Assembly: GCA_963676915.2 (NCBI GenBank)
Contig: CAXXVK010000052.1
Span: forward strand, 1-64,000
Source of the DNA: Myxococcota bacterium
GTDB lineage: Bacteria; Myxococcota_A; SURF-8; G963663525
DNA: 64,000 bases
Direction: 5' to 3'
Part shown: piece after piece, positions 8,814 through 18,860 of the stretch
How positions within the stretch are numbered: the stretch's first letter is position 1
How the letters are laid out: every line of letters begins with the position of its first letter
Made by a program: the position numbers and the translations under genes
Notes under the pieces: model-generated
Seen by the model: only the letters and a program-made list of their open reading frames with translations
Database searches by the model: none
Told to the model about the DNA's origin: nothing

Positions 8814-11465
8814 CTATCCGCTCTTTTTCTCCGTTTTCAGTCGTTGCCGCCACTTCCAAAGCTGGTTCATCGCTTCCAGTGGAGTCAGGGTGTCGAGGTC
8901 CATCGTTTCGATTTCTTCTTCAATCGGCGATGGCTCTTTGACTTCGATGATACGTGGCCCGAAAAAGCTCAACTGACCCGTAGCAGCCTGCTTGGTCGCA
9001 CCGGCCGTAGCTTCCTGCACCCGATTTTTGCCGAACTCCCCCCTTTCGAGTTCCTTGAGCACCTCTTTCGCTCGTCCTACGACGTTTTCGGGCAACCCGG
9101 CCAGTTTCCCTACCTGAATACCGTAACTGCGATTGGTTGCGCCAGCTACAAGTTTACGTAAAAAGATAATCTCGCCCCGGTATTCCTTGACCGCAATATT
9201 GTAATTCTGAACCCGGGCTTTGGTAATCGCCAGTTCCGTAAGTTCGTGGTAGTGAGTGGCGAACAGCGTTTTCGCTCCGATTTCGTCGTGCAGATACTCG
9301 GCCACCGCCCAAGCGATGGACAAACCGTCGAACGTGCTGGTTCCGCGCCCGATTTCATCGAGCACCACTAGTGAACGCGGTGTGGCGTTTTCGAGAATCG
9401 CCGCCGTTTCCGTCATTTCCACCATGAAGGTAGACAATCCGCGAGCGAGGTTGTCGCTGGCCCCTACACGAGTAAAGACCCGATCCACGACACCGATTTT
9501 CGCCCGTGTGGCCGGAACGAAACTTCCCATCTGCGCCATGATCACGATCAACGCCGCCTGTCGCATAACCGTGGACTTACCGGCCATATTGGGACCGGTG
9601 AGCAACAATACCTGGTGGTCGCGGTTGTCCAACCTCAAGTCGTTGGGAATGAAACGCTCTTCTCGGTTGACTTTCTCGATCACGGGATGACGGCCTTCTT
9701 CGATGAGGATTTCGTCGTCCTCATCCACCTCGGGCCTGACGTAGCGCTCCCGCACGGCAAGTTCCGCCAGAGCCGACAAGGCATCGAGTCGGCCTACGAC
9801 TTCGGCGGTTCCCATCAGGCGGCCAAAACGCCCGCCGACCTCCTGCCGCATCTGCTCGAAAAGCTCTTCCTCCAGTTTGATCCGCTTTTCCTGCGCACCA
9901 AGCACCTTGTCTTCGAACTCTTTCAGTTCGGGCGTAATGAATCGCTCGACGTTGGTCAACGTCTGGCGGCGCGACCACTCGGGCGGCGCGTTTTTCGCCT
10001 GGGATTTCGCCAGTTCGATAAAATACCCGAACACCCGGTTGTATTTGATTCGCAGGTTCGCTAGCCCTGTTCGCTCTTTTTCCTGGGCCTCCAAAGCGGC
10101 AATAGCCTGCTTGGCATTCGTCTGCAATTCTACCAGTTCATCGAGATCGGCACGAAATCCCTTGCGGAACATCCCACCCTCGCGGGTCGTGGCGGGTGGT
10201 TCGTCCACAATGGCGTTGGCAAGCAATTCTTGCAGATCATCTAAGGCATCCAGACCAGCGGCATCTTCGAAAAGCAATGTATTTTCATAACTTTGCGCAA
10301 ACAACCGCAATTCGGCGACCGCCTCCAGCGAGGACGCCAGAGCGACGAGATCCCGTGCATTGGACTGGTTGAGGCTGAGACGCCCGGCAATGCGCTGCAC
10401 GTCGCCGATACGACGTAGGATGTCGCGCAGATCGCCTCGCATAACCCCCGACTCGACGTACTCGGATACACGAGCCAGACGCGCATGGATCGCTTTGGGA
10501 TCGACAAGCGGATAATTCAGCCATCGCCGCAGCGTCCGTGCCCCCAAGGCGGTACGGCTGAGATCGAGCACACCGAACAGCGAACCGCGCTTGGTCTGGC
10601 CGATCAGAGTCCGTTCGAGTTCGAGATTGAGTTTGGTGGATTCATCCAACTGGAGGTAATCGCTGAGAAAATACGGTTTCAAACTCAGAACGTGGGCGGC
10701 ATCCTGCATTTGAGTGCGTTGAACATAGCCCAGTAACGCACCCGCTGCACGCGCTCCACGAGGAAGTTTTTCGACACCCAACGCGGCCAGCGATTCAACA
10801 TTGAAATGGCGCATCAGGCGACTCTCGGCCTGTTCCGGGTCGAACGCCTCGGCCTCTTCCCAGTTGGGATAGCAAGGTTGCGCCCACGTAGACCAAGAGC
10901 GGTCGATTCCGCTTTTCTTGAGAAATTCCGGCAAGATGGCTTCGGTCGGCTGCAAACGAACCAACTCGGTTTGCAACTCGTCCACCCCCGACACTTGTGT
11001 CAGGCGAAATTCGCCGGTGGAGAGATCCAACACGGCCAGGCCGACGGATTCACCGGGACGGGCAGACTCCAACCAGATCGCGGCAAGGTAGTTGTTGGCT
11101 TCGGCATCGAGACTTTCCGAGTTTAACGTGGTTCCGGGCGTGACGATACGCACGATTCCCCGCCGCACCATTCCTTTCGCGGCTTTGGGATCTTCCAACT
11201 GCTCGCAGACCGCAACTTTATGCCCTTTTTCCAACAAACGATTGATGTAATTGATCGCCGCATGGTGGGGAACTCCGGCCATCGGAACCGGATTATCGGA
11301 GGATTTGTCCCGGCTCGTCAGTACAAGGTCCAATTCGTTCGCCGCCGTGGCGGCATCGTCGAAAAACAGTTCGTAAAAATCCCCGCAACGGTAGAACAAC
11401 AGAGCATCGGGATGCTGCTGCTTCAATTCCAGGTAGTGGCGCATCATCGGGGTTTTGGAACTCAA
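8814..11465 (-). CDS. mutS: DNA mismatch repair protein MutS
   Basis: TPMM, GDFYELF, TGPNMAGKST, STFMVEM, DEIGRGTST, SYGI. Confidence 0.98.
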   Translation of the reverse strand: MSSKTPMMRHYLELKQQHPDALLFYRCGDFYELFFDDAATAANELDLVLTSRDKSSDNPVPMAGVPHHAAINYINRLLEKGHKVAVCEQLEDPKAAKGMVRRGIVRIVTPGTTLNSESLDAEANNYLAAIWLESARPGESVGLAVLDLSTGEFRLTQVSGVDELQTELVRLQPTEAILPEFLKKSGIDRSWSTWAQPCYPNWEEAEAFDPEQAESRLMRHFNVESLAALGVEKLPRGARAAGALLGYVQRTQMQDAAHVLSLKPYFLSDYLQLDESTKLNLELERTLIGQTKRGSLFGVLDLSRTALGARTLRRWLNYPLVDPKAIHARLARVSEYVESGVMRGDLRDILRRIGDVQRIAGRLSLNQSNARDLVALASSLEAVAELRLFAQSYENTLLFEDAAGLDALDDLQELLANAIVDEPPATTREGGMFRKGFRADLDELVELQTNAKQAIAALEAQEKERTGLANLRIKYNRVFGYFIELAKSQAKNAPPEWSRRQTLTNVERFITPELKEFEDKVLGAQEKRIKLEEELFEQMRQEVGGRFGRLMGTAEVVGRLDALSALAELAVRERYVRPEVDEDDEILIEEGRHPVIEKVNREERFIPNDLRLDNRDHQVLLLTGPNMAGKSTVMRQAALIVIMAQMGSFVPATRAKIGVVDRVFTRVGASDNLARGLSTFMVEMTETAAILENATPRSLVVLDEIGRGTSTFDGLSIAWAVAEYLHDEIGAKTLFATHYHELTELAITKARVQNYNIAVKEYRGEIIFLRKLVAGATNRSYGIQVGKLAGLPENVVGRAKEVLKELERGEFGKNRVQEATAGATKQAATGQLSFFGPRIIEVKEPSPIEEEIETMDLDTLTPLEAMNQLWKWRQRLKTEKKSG

Positions 11466-11572
11466 ATCAGACCTCCGGGTCGAGCCGTTATCTTGTCGAA
11501 ATCGCTTCGAGCCTACTCAACCATATTGGAGGAATTGACGCAACTTGTCTTTGATTTAACCCAGCTTAAGTT

Positions 11573-13465
11573 TCATGCCGCCGGGAGTTTTTTACGAAAG
11601 CGAACAGCCAACCCCAAAACGAGCAAAACGAAACCCCATGAATTTCCTGCAAAATTCCCAACTCCTCGACAATTGCCGGAACTTGTGAAATCCGTGTCGG
11701 GATTTTGATTCTGACTCGGAACCGAACTCGAACCTTCGTCGCCATCGGCAACCGGTTCCGGCTCTACGATGCAACGTCCGTCCTTGCATCCTGCGTCACC
11801 GCAATCGCCGCGAAAGTGCCACTGACCATCGTCACCACAATATTCGATTTCAGTTCCTGCACAGCGGGTTTCCTGGGGTTCGCAAACAGCGATTTCCTCT
11901 TCCTCGTCGCCGTCGCTTTCCGGCTGATCGATGATTGGGCAATCCCAGTCGCAAGCGCCATCGTGACAGGTATAATTACCTCCGGTGCACTCCTGACCGA
12001 AAGGAGGATCTAGATTCGAGCAGTCGGCGTCCACCGTGCATTCCGGCTCGATGGCACAGTTCAGATCACATACCCCGGACGGCAAACAACGCCAACCGCT
12101 GCCCTCCCCGCATTCTGAGGGAACGGTGCGATCCTCGCAGTCTTCATCCAACTCGCAATCCACCATGTTGGGACAGTCCCACACACATTCTCCAAGCCGA
12201 CAAGCCCATTCTCCGGAAGATCCGTCCGAGCAGGAACCGGAGGGTCGGGAATAGCAATCCGAAGCTTCGCGGCAATCCAAAGCGGCGCGTAAAATCGTGT
12301 GGTCGATGACTTCTCCCAGGAGATTTTTGACTTCGATCTCCAACGTGGGTCCGTTCACATGAAACAGCGCGTAATGATAGGTTTTTTCCCGATAAGCCCA
12401 TTCGTGGGGATACAGCAGCGTATTGTCGGCATCGCAATCGTACAATCCTGCTCCACCTCCACCGGACACCATGTAGGCCAAGCCGTTGTTTCCCGTCCCT
12501 CTTTCGTAGTAGTGATCGTGACCGCTCAGGATCATGTCAACGCCGTACTCCTGAAACTCCGAAAGCATCTGGCGAATCTGTGCGTAACCGGAGCGTCCTT
12601 CCTTGGAACTGTACGGACCGCTGTGCACGGCAAGAAAGATGAAATCGACATCGGGATTGTTGCGAGCCTGGCTGAGATCGTTACGCATCCAGTTCATTTG
12701 CGTCGAATCCAGACAGGCGCTTAAAAACACGGTTTCGGGACAAAGGTATTGCGCACGAACGTTGACGAATTCATCCACCACCGTAATGTGCACGTTGGCG
12801 TAGGTCATCGAGTAATACAGCCCCTCACTGCCCTCGGGTCCGCCGGTCACGAAAAACCGGCTGAAATGGTCTGCCGCACCTTCGTATTCGTCGTGATTGC
12901 CGACCGTCGGTAAAAACGGATGATTCGCCATCAGGTCTTTTTCGATATCGAAAAAGGTATTCCACAGGCTGATATCCTCTCCGTCCGCCACAAGATCTCC
13001 GGTATTGATATAAAAATCGAAATCCTCTTCTCCGATCAGATCACTGGCCATGGTGTGCGCCTCGTGCCCGGAGCGCGTATCTCCGAACAGGACGAAGGTA
13101 AAATGCTCGCCCGACATCGGAGCGGTATGGAACCAATAAGGACCGGCTTTGCGTTCGGAACCGACATCGATAGCGTAATGGTAGGTTGTAGATGTCTCCA
13201 GATCTCGAAGTGGCACGACGTGACGACTGCCTTGTGGCGATGGCACTTGATGGTCGAGGTTGTTCGGAGTGGTTCCATAGCGCACCACGGCTTCGAAGGA
13301 ACCATCCAACTCGAAAACAACGGTTACACCATGCGGACCCGGTTGTTGAAGATACGGTCCGTATCGAAGATCCGCTGCGCGTACAACCCCTGGTAACCAC
13401 AATACAAACAACACGATAATAACGAGTAAACGAAAACAGGATCGCATGATGAACCTCTCGTTCAT
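11573..13465 (-). CDS. Secreted purple acid phosphatase-like metallophosphoesterase with Cys-rich repeats and MYXO-CTERM-like anchor
   Basis: Signal peptide, FN3-like N-domain, GD, TGDLV, GNHD, SGHDHYYER; Cys-rich C-terminal repeats; tail SGNC-linker-TM-RFRKK. Confidence 0.85.
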   Translation of the reverse strand: MNERFIMRSCFRLLVIIVLFVLWLPGVVRAADLRYGPYLQQPGPHGVTVVFELDGSFEAVVRYGTTPNNLDHQVPSPQGSRHVVPLRDLETSTTYHYAIDVGSERKAGPYWFHTAPMSGEHFTFVLFGDTRSGHEAHTMASDLIGEEDFDFYINTGDLVADGEDISLWNTFFDIEKDLMANHPFLPTVGNHDEYEGAADHFSRFFVTGGPEGSEGLYYSMTYANVHITVVDEFVNVRAQYLCPETVFLSACLDSTQMNWMRNDLSQARNNPDVDFIFLAVHSGPYSSKEGRSGYAQIRQMLSEFQEYGVDMILSGHDHYYERGTGNNGLAYMVSGGGGAGLYDCDADNTLLYPHEWAYREKTYHYALFHVNGPTLEIEVKNLLGEVIDHTILRAALDCREASDCYSRPSGSCSDGSSGEWACRLGECVWDCPNMVDCELDEDCEDRTVPSECGEGSGWRCLPSGVCDLNCAIEPECTVDADCSNLDPPFGQECTGGNYTCHDGACDWDCPIIDQPESDGDEEEEIAVCEPQETRCAGTEIEYCGDDGQWHFRGDCGDAGCKDGRCIVEPEPVADGDEGSSSVPSQNQNPDTDFTSSGNCRGVGNFAGNSWGFVLLVLGLAVRFRKKLPAA

Positions 13466-13666
13466 TATGTGGCTTTTCTAAAACCTCACCGATTCTTTCT
13501 TAACACAATTGTAACATTTTTCTAACAATCAAACAGCGAAAGCATCCGAAAAAGTGCCCATTTTACCTTGTAGGAGGAAACCGGACAGAGCCTCTTGTCT
13601 TTTTGGCTTGCCTGCGGCATGATCGAAAAATACTTACGATGCAACGAATAAAAACAGGAGTTAGAC

Positions 13667-14383
13667 ATGGCAACATACAAAATAAAGCCACTGGTGGTCG
13701 GACTGAACGAGACGGACCAGGGCATCATGACCTATCAACGATTTTACGGCGAACGCATTCACCTGCCGATCTACGTTTTCGCCTTACTGGACGGACCGAA
13801 AAAGATTCTTATCGACACGGGCCTGGAAGACTTCATGGTTCCCGAAGGTGTGGAGAAAAAATACGGTTTTTCGGTACAGCATTTCGAAGAAGCATTGGCC
13901 TCCATCGGATGGAAACCGGAGGATGTAGAGATCATCGTCCACACCCACCTGCACAACGATCACTGTGAAAACGACTATCTCTGTTCCAACGCCAAAGTCT
14001 ACGTTCAGAAAGCGGAATTGGAGGCGTTGCACAACCCACCGGCCATCGATCATCGGTATTACGACGACGTATTGGATGATGTGGAAGTGATTGAAGTGGA
14101 AGGAGACACCCAGATCGTTGACGGCGTTTCGGTACTGCTGACTCCGGGTCACTCCAAGGGTGGACAGTCCGTTGTGGTCGATACCGAAAAAGGCAAAGCG
14201 TTGATTACCGGTTTTTGCAGCAACGAAAAGAATTTCCCCGAAAACGGCCCGGCCATCGTGCCCGGCGTGCATCTCGATGCAATGGAATCCTGGGAAAGCC
14301 TTCAGAAAGTGAAGGCGTTTGGGGCCGAAATCCTCATCCCTCTGCACGCCCTTTGGGTCGGTGCGGAAAAGACGATTCCCTGA
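13667..14383 (+). CDS. Metallo-beta-lactamase fold hydrolase, N-acyl homoserine lactonase family
   Basis: LIDTG, HTHLHNDH, TPGHS, terminal PLH. Confidence 0.85.
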   Translation: MATYKIKPLVVGLNETDQGIMTYQRFYGERIHLPIYVFALLDGPKKILIDTGLEDFMVPEGVEKKYGFSVQHFEEALASIGWKPEDVEIIVHTHLHNDHCENDYLCSNAKVYVQKAELEALHNPPAIDHRYYDDVLDDVEVIEVEGDTQIVDGVSVLLTPGHSKGGQSVVVDTEKGKALITGFCSNEKNFPENGPAIVPGVHLDAMESWESLQKVKAFGAEILIPLHALWVGAEKTIP

Positions 14384-14407
14384 TTCGGTAGTCCAAAGGA
14401 AATTATC

Positions 14408-15403
14408 ATGCCCCACGAACTTTCCACGCGATTCGAAACCATCGACATTCCCGGACTGCGAGTTGGAAACGCCCAGGATCTGGAAGCACTTACGGGTGTC
14501 ACCGTAATGTTGTTCGATCGCCCGGCCCCGGCAACAGCGCATTTATGCGGGAAAGCCACCAGCACTCGTCAGGCGGACGCCCTGCGCGTGGATCACTTCG
14601 TCCCGGAAGTGGACGCTTTCGTGTTTACGGGGGGAAGCGCCTTTGGACTGGACGCCACCGGCGGTGTGTTGCGCTACCTGGAAAAAAAGGAACGTGGGTT
14701 ACCAACACGGTACGGACACGTTCCGATCTGTCCCACTGCCGCTTTGTACGATCTTGGTTTGTCCGGCATGACCCGCCGCCCGGACGCAGACATGGGCGAA
14801 GCAGCCTGCCGGGATCTTTCCGAGACGAGCTTCCGGGTGGGATCGGTCGGGGCAGGATGCGGGGCGACAGTCGGAAAACTGTACGGTCGCGAACAGGCCA
14901 TGAAAGGCGGGCTCGGGACGGCAACCATCAAAGGAGACGGCTTTACCGTTCAGGCTATCGTTGCCTGCAACGGCTTCGGTGACGTTCTCGATGCTAGAAC
15001 GGGAAAAAAACTTGCCGGAGTACGTCAGGCACCGGATAGCCTCGAACTGGCCGATACGGCTGAAGCCATGCAAAACAGCGCCATTTCGGGAGGTTTTACG
15101 AAAAAAGACGCCCAAAACACGGTTTTGTGCGCCGTGTTCACAACCGCGAAACTCACCAAAGCTCAATGCCTGGAGGTTGGTATCCTCGCCGAAGAAGGCT
15201 TGAAACGCTCGCTGAATCCGGCGGGAGCGCCTTTCGACGGCGACGTTATTTTCGTGGCAAGCCTGGGACAAGACAATGCGGACATCGAATCTTTGGGACA
15301 TTGCGCCGCCGAAACGCTTTCCGGTGCCATCGGGCAATCCGTTAGGACCGCCGACGGTTTCGGCGTGGTTCCGGCATGGCGCGATCTTAAACAGAAACCA
15401 TAG
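14408..15403 (+). CDS. DmpA/peptidase S58 (P1) family aminopeptidase/amidohydrolase
   Basis: RVGNA..TGVTV, TGGSAFGL, GSVGAGCGA, KGGLG, QNT, FDGD. Confidence 0.88.
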   Translation: MPHELSTRFETIDIPGLRVGNAQDLEALTGVTVMLFDRPAPATAHLCGKATSTRQADALRVDHFVPEVDAFVFTGGSAFGLDATGGVLRYLEKKERGLPTRYGHVPICPTAALYDLGLSGMTRRPDADMGEAACRDLSETSFRVGSVGAGCGATVGKLYGREQAMKGGLGTATIKGDGFTVQAIVACNGFGDVLDARTGKKLAGVRQAPDSLELADTAEAMQNSAISGGFTKKDAQNTVLCAVFTTAKLTKAQCLEVGILAEEGLKRSLNPAGAPFDGDVIFVASLGQDNADIESLGHCAAETLSGAIGQSVRTADGFGVVPAWRDLKQKP

Positions 15404-15615
15404 CAACCTATTGTTTTAAAAGGATATTTCCCCACACTTTCGCAATGGAGATTCCCTTTTCTTCCAAGAAAAGCTCCCTCTTCCTGTAACTATTTACATC
15501 TCTCAAAATACCCATACAGCGATTTTCCTATTGTCTTTTGACTCCTCTTCGTTCATAGTAAATCTACATTCCATCAGCACAGTTTTCTTAACCGCTTTTC
15601 AAGGGAGAGGTTCCT

Positions 15616-18600
15616 ATGTCAGGAAAAAACGGTGTAATAGGTCTATTGATTGTATTGTTTCTTCCCCTATGGCTTGCCTGTGGCAGCGACGACGATGACG
15701 GAGGCACCACGGACCTCTGTGCAGGTGTCGATTGCTATGCAAACGCCACCTGTGACACCTCCGACGGCTCCTGCGCCTGCGATGCGGGGTATGAAAATTG
15801 GGTAGATGGCACCGGATGTTCCGAAGTTGCGGATTTATGCGCGGATGTCGATTGCTACGACAACGCCACTTGCGACAATACCGACGGCTCCTGCGTTTGT
15901 GACACTGGATACGAGAACTGGGTGGACGGCACCGGATGCTCCGAAATCGTCACCGATTTGTGCGCAGATGTCGATTGCTACGACAACGCCACTTGCGACA
16001 CCTCCGACGGCTCCTGCGTTTGTGACGATGGGTACGAGAACTGGGTGGACGGCACGGGATGTTCCGAAGTCGTCGACCTGTGCGAAAACGTCGATTGCTA
16101 CGCAAACGCCACCTGTGATGACTCCGACGGCTCCTGTGTCTGTGACGATGGGTACGAAAATTGGGTGGATGGTACCGGATGTACCGAAATCGCGGGGGAT
16201 CTGTGCGATAACGTCGATTGCTACGACAACGCCACCTGCGACACCTCCGACGGCTCCTGCATCTGTGACGATGGCTATGAAAACTGGGTAGACGGCACCG
16301 GATGCACGATGATCCCTTTGACGACCGAACGTGACGACAAGGGAGTCTGGTTTATCGAGGGTTCGGTAGACGAATCCCTTGAGAACGTTTTCGAAGCCAT
16401 GGGATACGCCGTTGCGACGGACCGTCTCTGGCAGGCGGAAACCTACCGCCGTACCGCTCGTGGTCGTCTTGCCGAAATCTTCGGTCCCGCCCAGGTCGAA
16501 ACGGATATCTTCGTCCGAAGCATCGGGTATTCCAACGACGAGTTGCAAGCCTTCTTCGATGGACTGGATGACGAATCCAAGACGATCATTCAAGCCTATG
16601 TGGACGGCTTCAATCGCCGTATCACCGAAGTCGCCGCCACTCCCGCCCTGATGCCTTTCGAATTTACCGCCATGAGCCAGGTTCTAGGAGTCGAATTCGG
16701 TCCCGAGCCATGGAGCGTCCTCGATGTCATGGCCTGGATGGCGATGCTGCAACGCAATTTCGACCCCGAAGCGCTGGAATCAGCCCAACTCGAAAATGCC
16801 GAACTGTATCAGCAACTTTACACTCTCTATGGCGACACAGCCGGCCCGGCGATGTTCCAGGATCTGCGTTGGGAAAACGATCCGCAGGCGCTGAATTACA
16901 TTCATCAAGAAGATACCACCGTCTCTCAACACGGACCCGTTCGGGTGAATCTTCCCAACATGAGCGTTGCTGCTCGTTCCATTAAAGAACGCAAAATCAA
17001 CGCCATCGAAAACATGAAGAAAATCAATAGCTACGTAAAAATGGGAAGCTACGCGTGGACCGTCTCCGGCGACAAAACCGAGTCGGGCAATCCCATTATT
17101 TACTCCGGTCCGCAAATGGGCTTCTCGGTTCCCAGCATCACGCTCGAAGGCTCCATCCGCGCCGCCGGAATCGAAGTCTCCGGTATGTCGATTGCGGGTA
17201 TTCCGGGAATCATCATCGGTCGTACGCCGCATCATGCATGGTCCATGCAGGTCGGTCATGCACACACGACGGATTTCTACGTTGAAAACGCCGCAAACGT
17301 GACCTTCAATCGACTGGAAACCATTAAAGTCGCTGGTCAAGAAGACATAACCCTTCCCGTCTACCGCTCCGCACACGGACCGTTGGTCAACCCGATTCCC
17401 TACGATCCGAACAACTACGACGCCAACACCCAAGGTCCGCTGGTTTCCTGGAAATACGCCCACTGGGGAGAATATGAATTCAAAGCGGTTTCGGCCTGGC
17501 TCGACCTGGCCCGCGCCCAGAACATGGACGAATTCGGAGCAGCCGTAGAAAAAATGGGGGTAAGTCAGCACTTCTGCTACGCCGACAACGATGGCAACAT
17601 CGCGTACTGGATGTCCGGTCGCGATCCCCAACGCCCCGATGGCGAATGGCGTTTCCCGCAACCCGCCGAGAGTCCCCTCGAATGGGATGCTTCCGTACTG
17701 CGCGCCCGCGCCACGGACCGAAACACGACCAAAGGCTACTACGGCGGCTGGAACAACCAGGCGGCGGCGGACTATCCCGGCTCTTACAACAACCTGCATT
17801 TCGCCTTCGGTCCCTTCCATCGCGCCCATGTGATCGACGAATACCTTTCGACCCATAATGACCTGACTTTCGAGGAAATCCGCGATCTGGCATTGAACAT
17901 CGCTACAACGGATTCCTTTGGCGGCGGTGGAAATCCCTGGCCCTGGGTAGCCACGAAGTTTGCAGAAACGGTGAACAGCGCGACGACTCCCGAGCGGGCC
18001 GCAGCCCTTAACCTGATCGAGTCCTGGGACGGACATTTCGTGGATGGAGGAGCCACAAGTTGGGCCAGCGGAACCGACCGCGCCGACGCCTGGATACTGA
18101 GCACGGAGTGGATCAACGAAGTCCTGCGGCTGACCTTCGCCGACGAGCTTTCCGGTGATATAGAACAGCCCGAGCAACGGCTGTTCAACCTGCTACTTCA
18201 TATGATGGATGACAGCGCCGACAGCATAGCCGTGCTTTATCCTTCGTGGCTTTCCAACAGGCTTACCACCGAAACGCCAACCCTTGAAGATATCATTCTT
18301 CAGGCGCTGGACAACGTTCTTGCCTCCCTGGGAACACAACCCTGGGGAACCGATGAACGGGGAACGATCGAATACGAACACGACCTGATCGGCGTCCTGC
18401 ACAGCATGCCGCTATCGTCCCGCTCCACCTACGCGCATTGTGTGGAAATCGGCGAAGATGGTCCGGTGCGCATCGAAAGCATGTTCCCGTTGGGCGAGTC
18501 CGGCAACATTTCGCTGGAAGTCATCGACACAACCCCCACCCCGGTACCCGACGATCACTTCTTTGACATGGCCCCGGTCTACGACGCCTTTGCACCAAGG

Positions 18601-18621
18601 GATTTCCCGATCTTCGATTAA
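15616..18621 (+). CDS. Penicillin acylase-family Ntn-hydrolase lipoprotein with five N-terminal EGF-like repeats
   Basis: Lipobox LAC; RDDKGVWFI, GYAVATDRLWQ, nucleophile MG/SYAW..GPQMG, WNN, PLGESG. Confidence 0.9.
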   Translation: MSGKNGVIGLLIVLFLPLWLACGSDDDDGGTTDLCAGVDCYANATCDTSDGSCACDAGYENWVDGTGCSEVADLCADVDCYDNATCDNTDGSCVCDTGYENWVDGTGCSEIVTDLCADVDCYDNATCDTSDGSCVCDDGYENWVDGTGCSEVVDLCENVDCYANATCDDSDGSCVCDDGYENWVDGTGCTEIAGDLCDNVDCYDNATCDTSDGSCICDDGYENWVDGTGCTMIPLTTERDDKGVWFIEGSVDESLENVFEAMGYAVATDRLWQAETYRRTARGRLAEIFGPAQVETDIFVRSIGYSNDELQAFFDGLDDESKTIIQAYVDGFNRRITEVAATPALMPFEFTAMSQVLGVEFGPEPWSVLDVMAWMAMLQRNFDPEALESAQLENAELYQQLYTLYGDTAGPAMFQDLRWENDPQALNYIHQEDTTVSQHGPVRVNLPNMSVAARSIKERKINAIENMKKINSYVKMGSYAWTVSGDKTESGNPIIYSGPQMGFSVPSITLEGSIRAAGIEVSGMSIAGIPGIIIGRTPHHAWSMQVGHAHTTDFYVENAANVTFNRLETIKVAGQEDITLPVYRSAHGPLVNPIPYDPNNYDANTQGPLVSWKYAHWGEYEFKAVSAWLDLARAQNMDEFGAAVEKMGVSQHFCYADNDGNIAYWMSGRDPQRPDGEWRFPQPAESPLEWDASVLRARATDRNTTKGYYGGWNNQAAADYPGSYNNLHFAFGPFHRAHVIDEYLSTHNDLTFEEIRDLALNIATTDSFGGGGNPWPWVATKFAETVNSATTPERAAALNLIESWDGHFVDGGATSWASGTDRADAWILSTEWINEVLRLTFADELSGDIEQPEQRLFNLLLHMMDDSADSIAVLYPSWLSNRLTTETPTLEDIILQALDNVLASLGTQPWGTDERGTIEYEHDLIGVLHSMPLSSRSTYAHCVEIGEDGPVRIESMFPLGESGNISLEVIDTTPTPVPDDHFFDMAPVYDAFAPRDFPIFD
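15712..16308 (+). repeat. Five tandem 120/123-bp coding repeats (6-Cys EGF-like)
   Basis: Units start at 15712, 15832, 15955, 16075, 16198; consensus DLCxxVDCYxNATCDxSDGSCxCDxGYENWVDGTGC. Confidence 0.95.
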
Positions 18622-18630
18622 CGACGGATC

Positions 18631-18707
18631 AAGCCGGAACCGCTTCGGCGGTTCCGACTCCTAACGAAAACGCCCGGTCCTTCTTTTGAAGAACCGGGCG
18701 TTTTTTT
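18631..18707 (+). terminator. Tandem hairpins ending in an intrinsic terminator
   Basis: GGAACCGC-TTCG-GCGGTTCC, then AAAACGCCCGG...CCGGGCGTTTTTTT. Confidence 0.8.
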
Positions 18708-18752
18708 GTGCGGTTTTCATGTTCTGACACGGCATGTATCAAAGCATCTCAT

Positions 18753-18817
18753 GTAGGTCGGGCAAATTTCTTGCCCGACAATGCCAAGGTGTCGGGCTAA
18801 AAATTAGCCCGACCTAC
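18753..18817. repeat. REP doublet (REPIN-like)
   Basis: GTAGGTCGGGCAAATTTCTTGCCCGACA followed by the inverted variant TGTCGGGCTAAAAATTAGCCCGACCTAC. Confidence 0.85.
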
Positions 18818-18860
18818 TGCGTCATCCGGGAAACGGAATAGCCGGTGGAGTAATGATGAT

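Noticed and set aside
15712-16308. Regular repeats resembling a CRISPR array
   Set aside because: In-frame coding repeats with no unique spacers and no cas genes.
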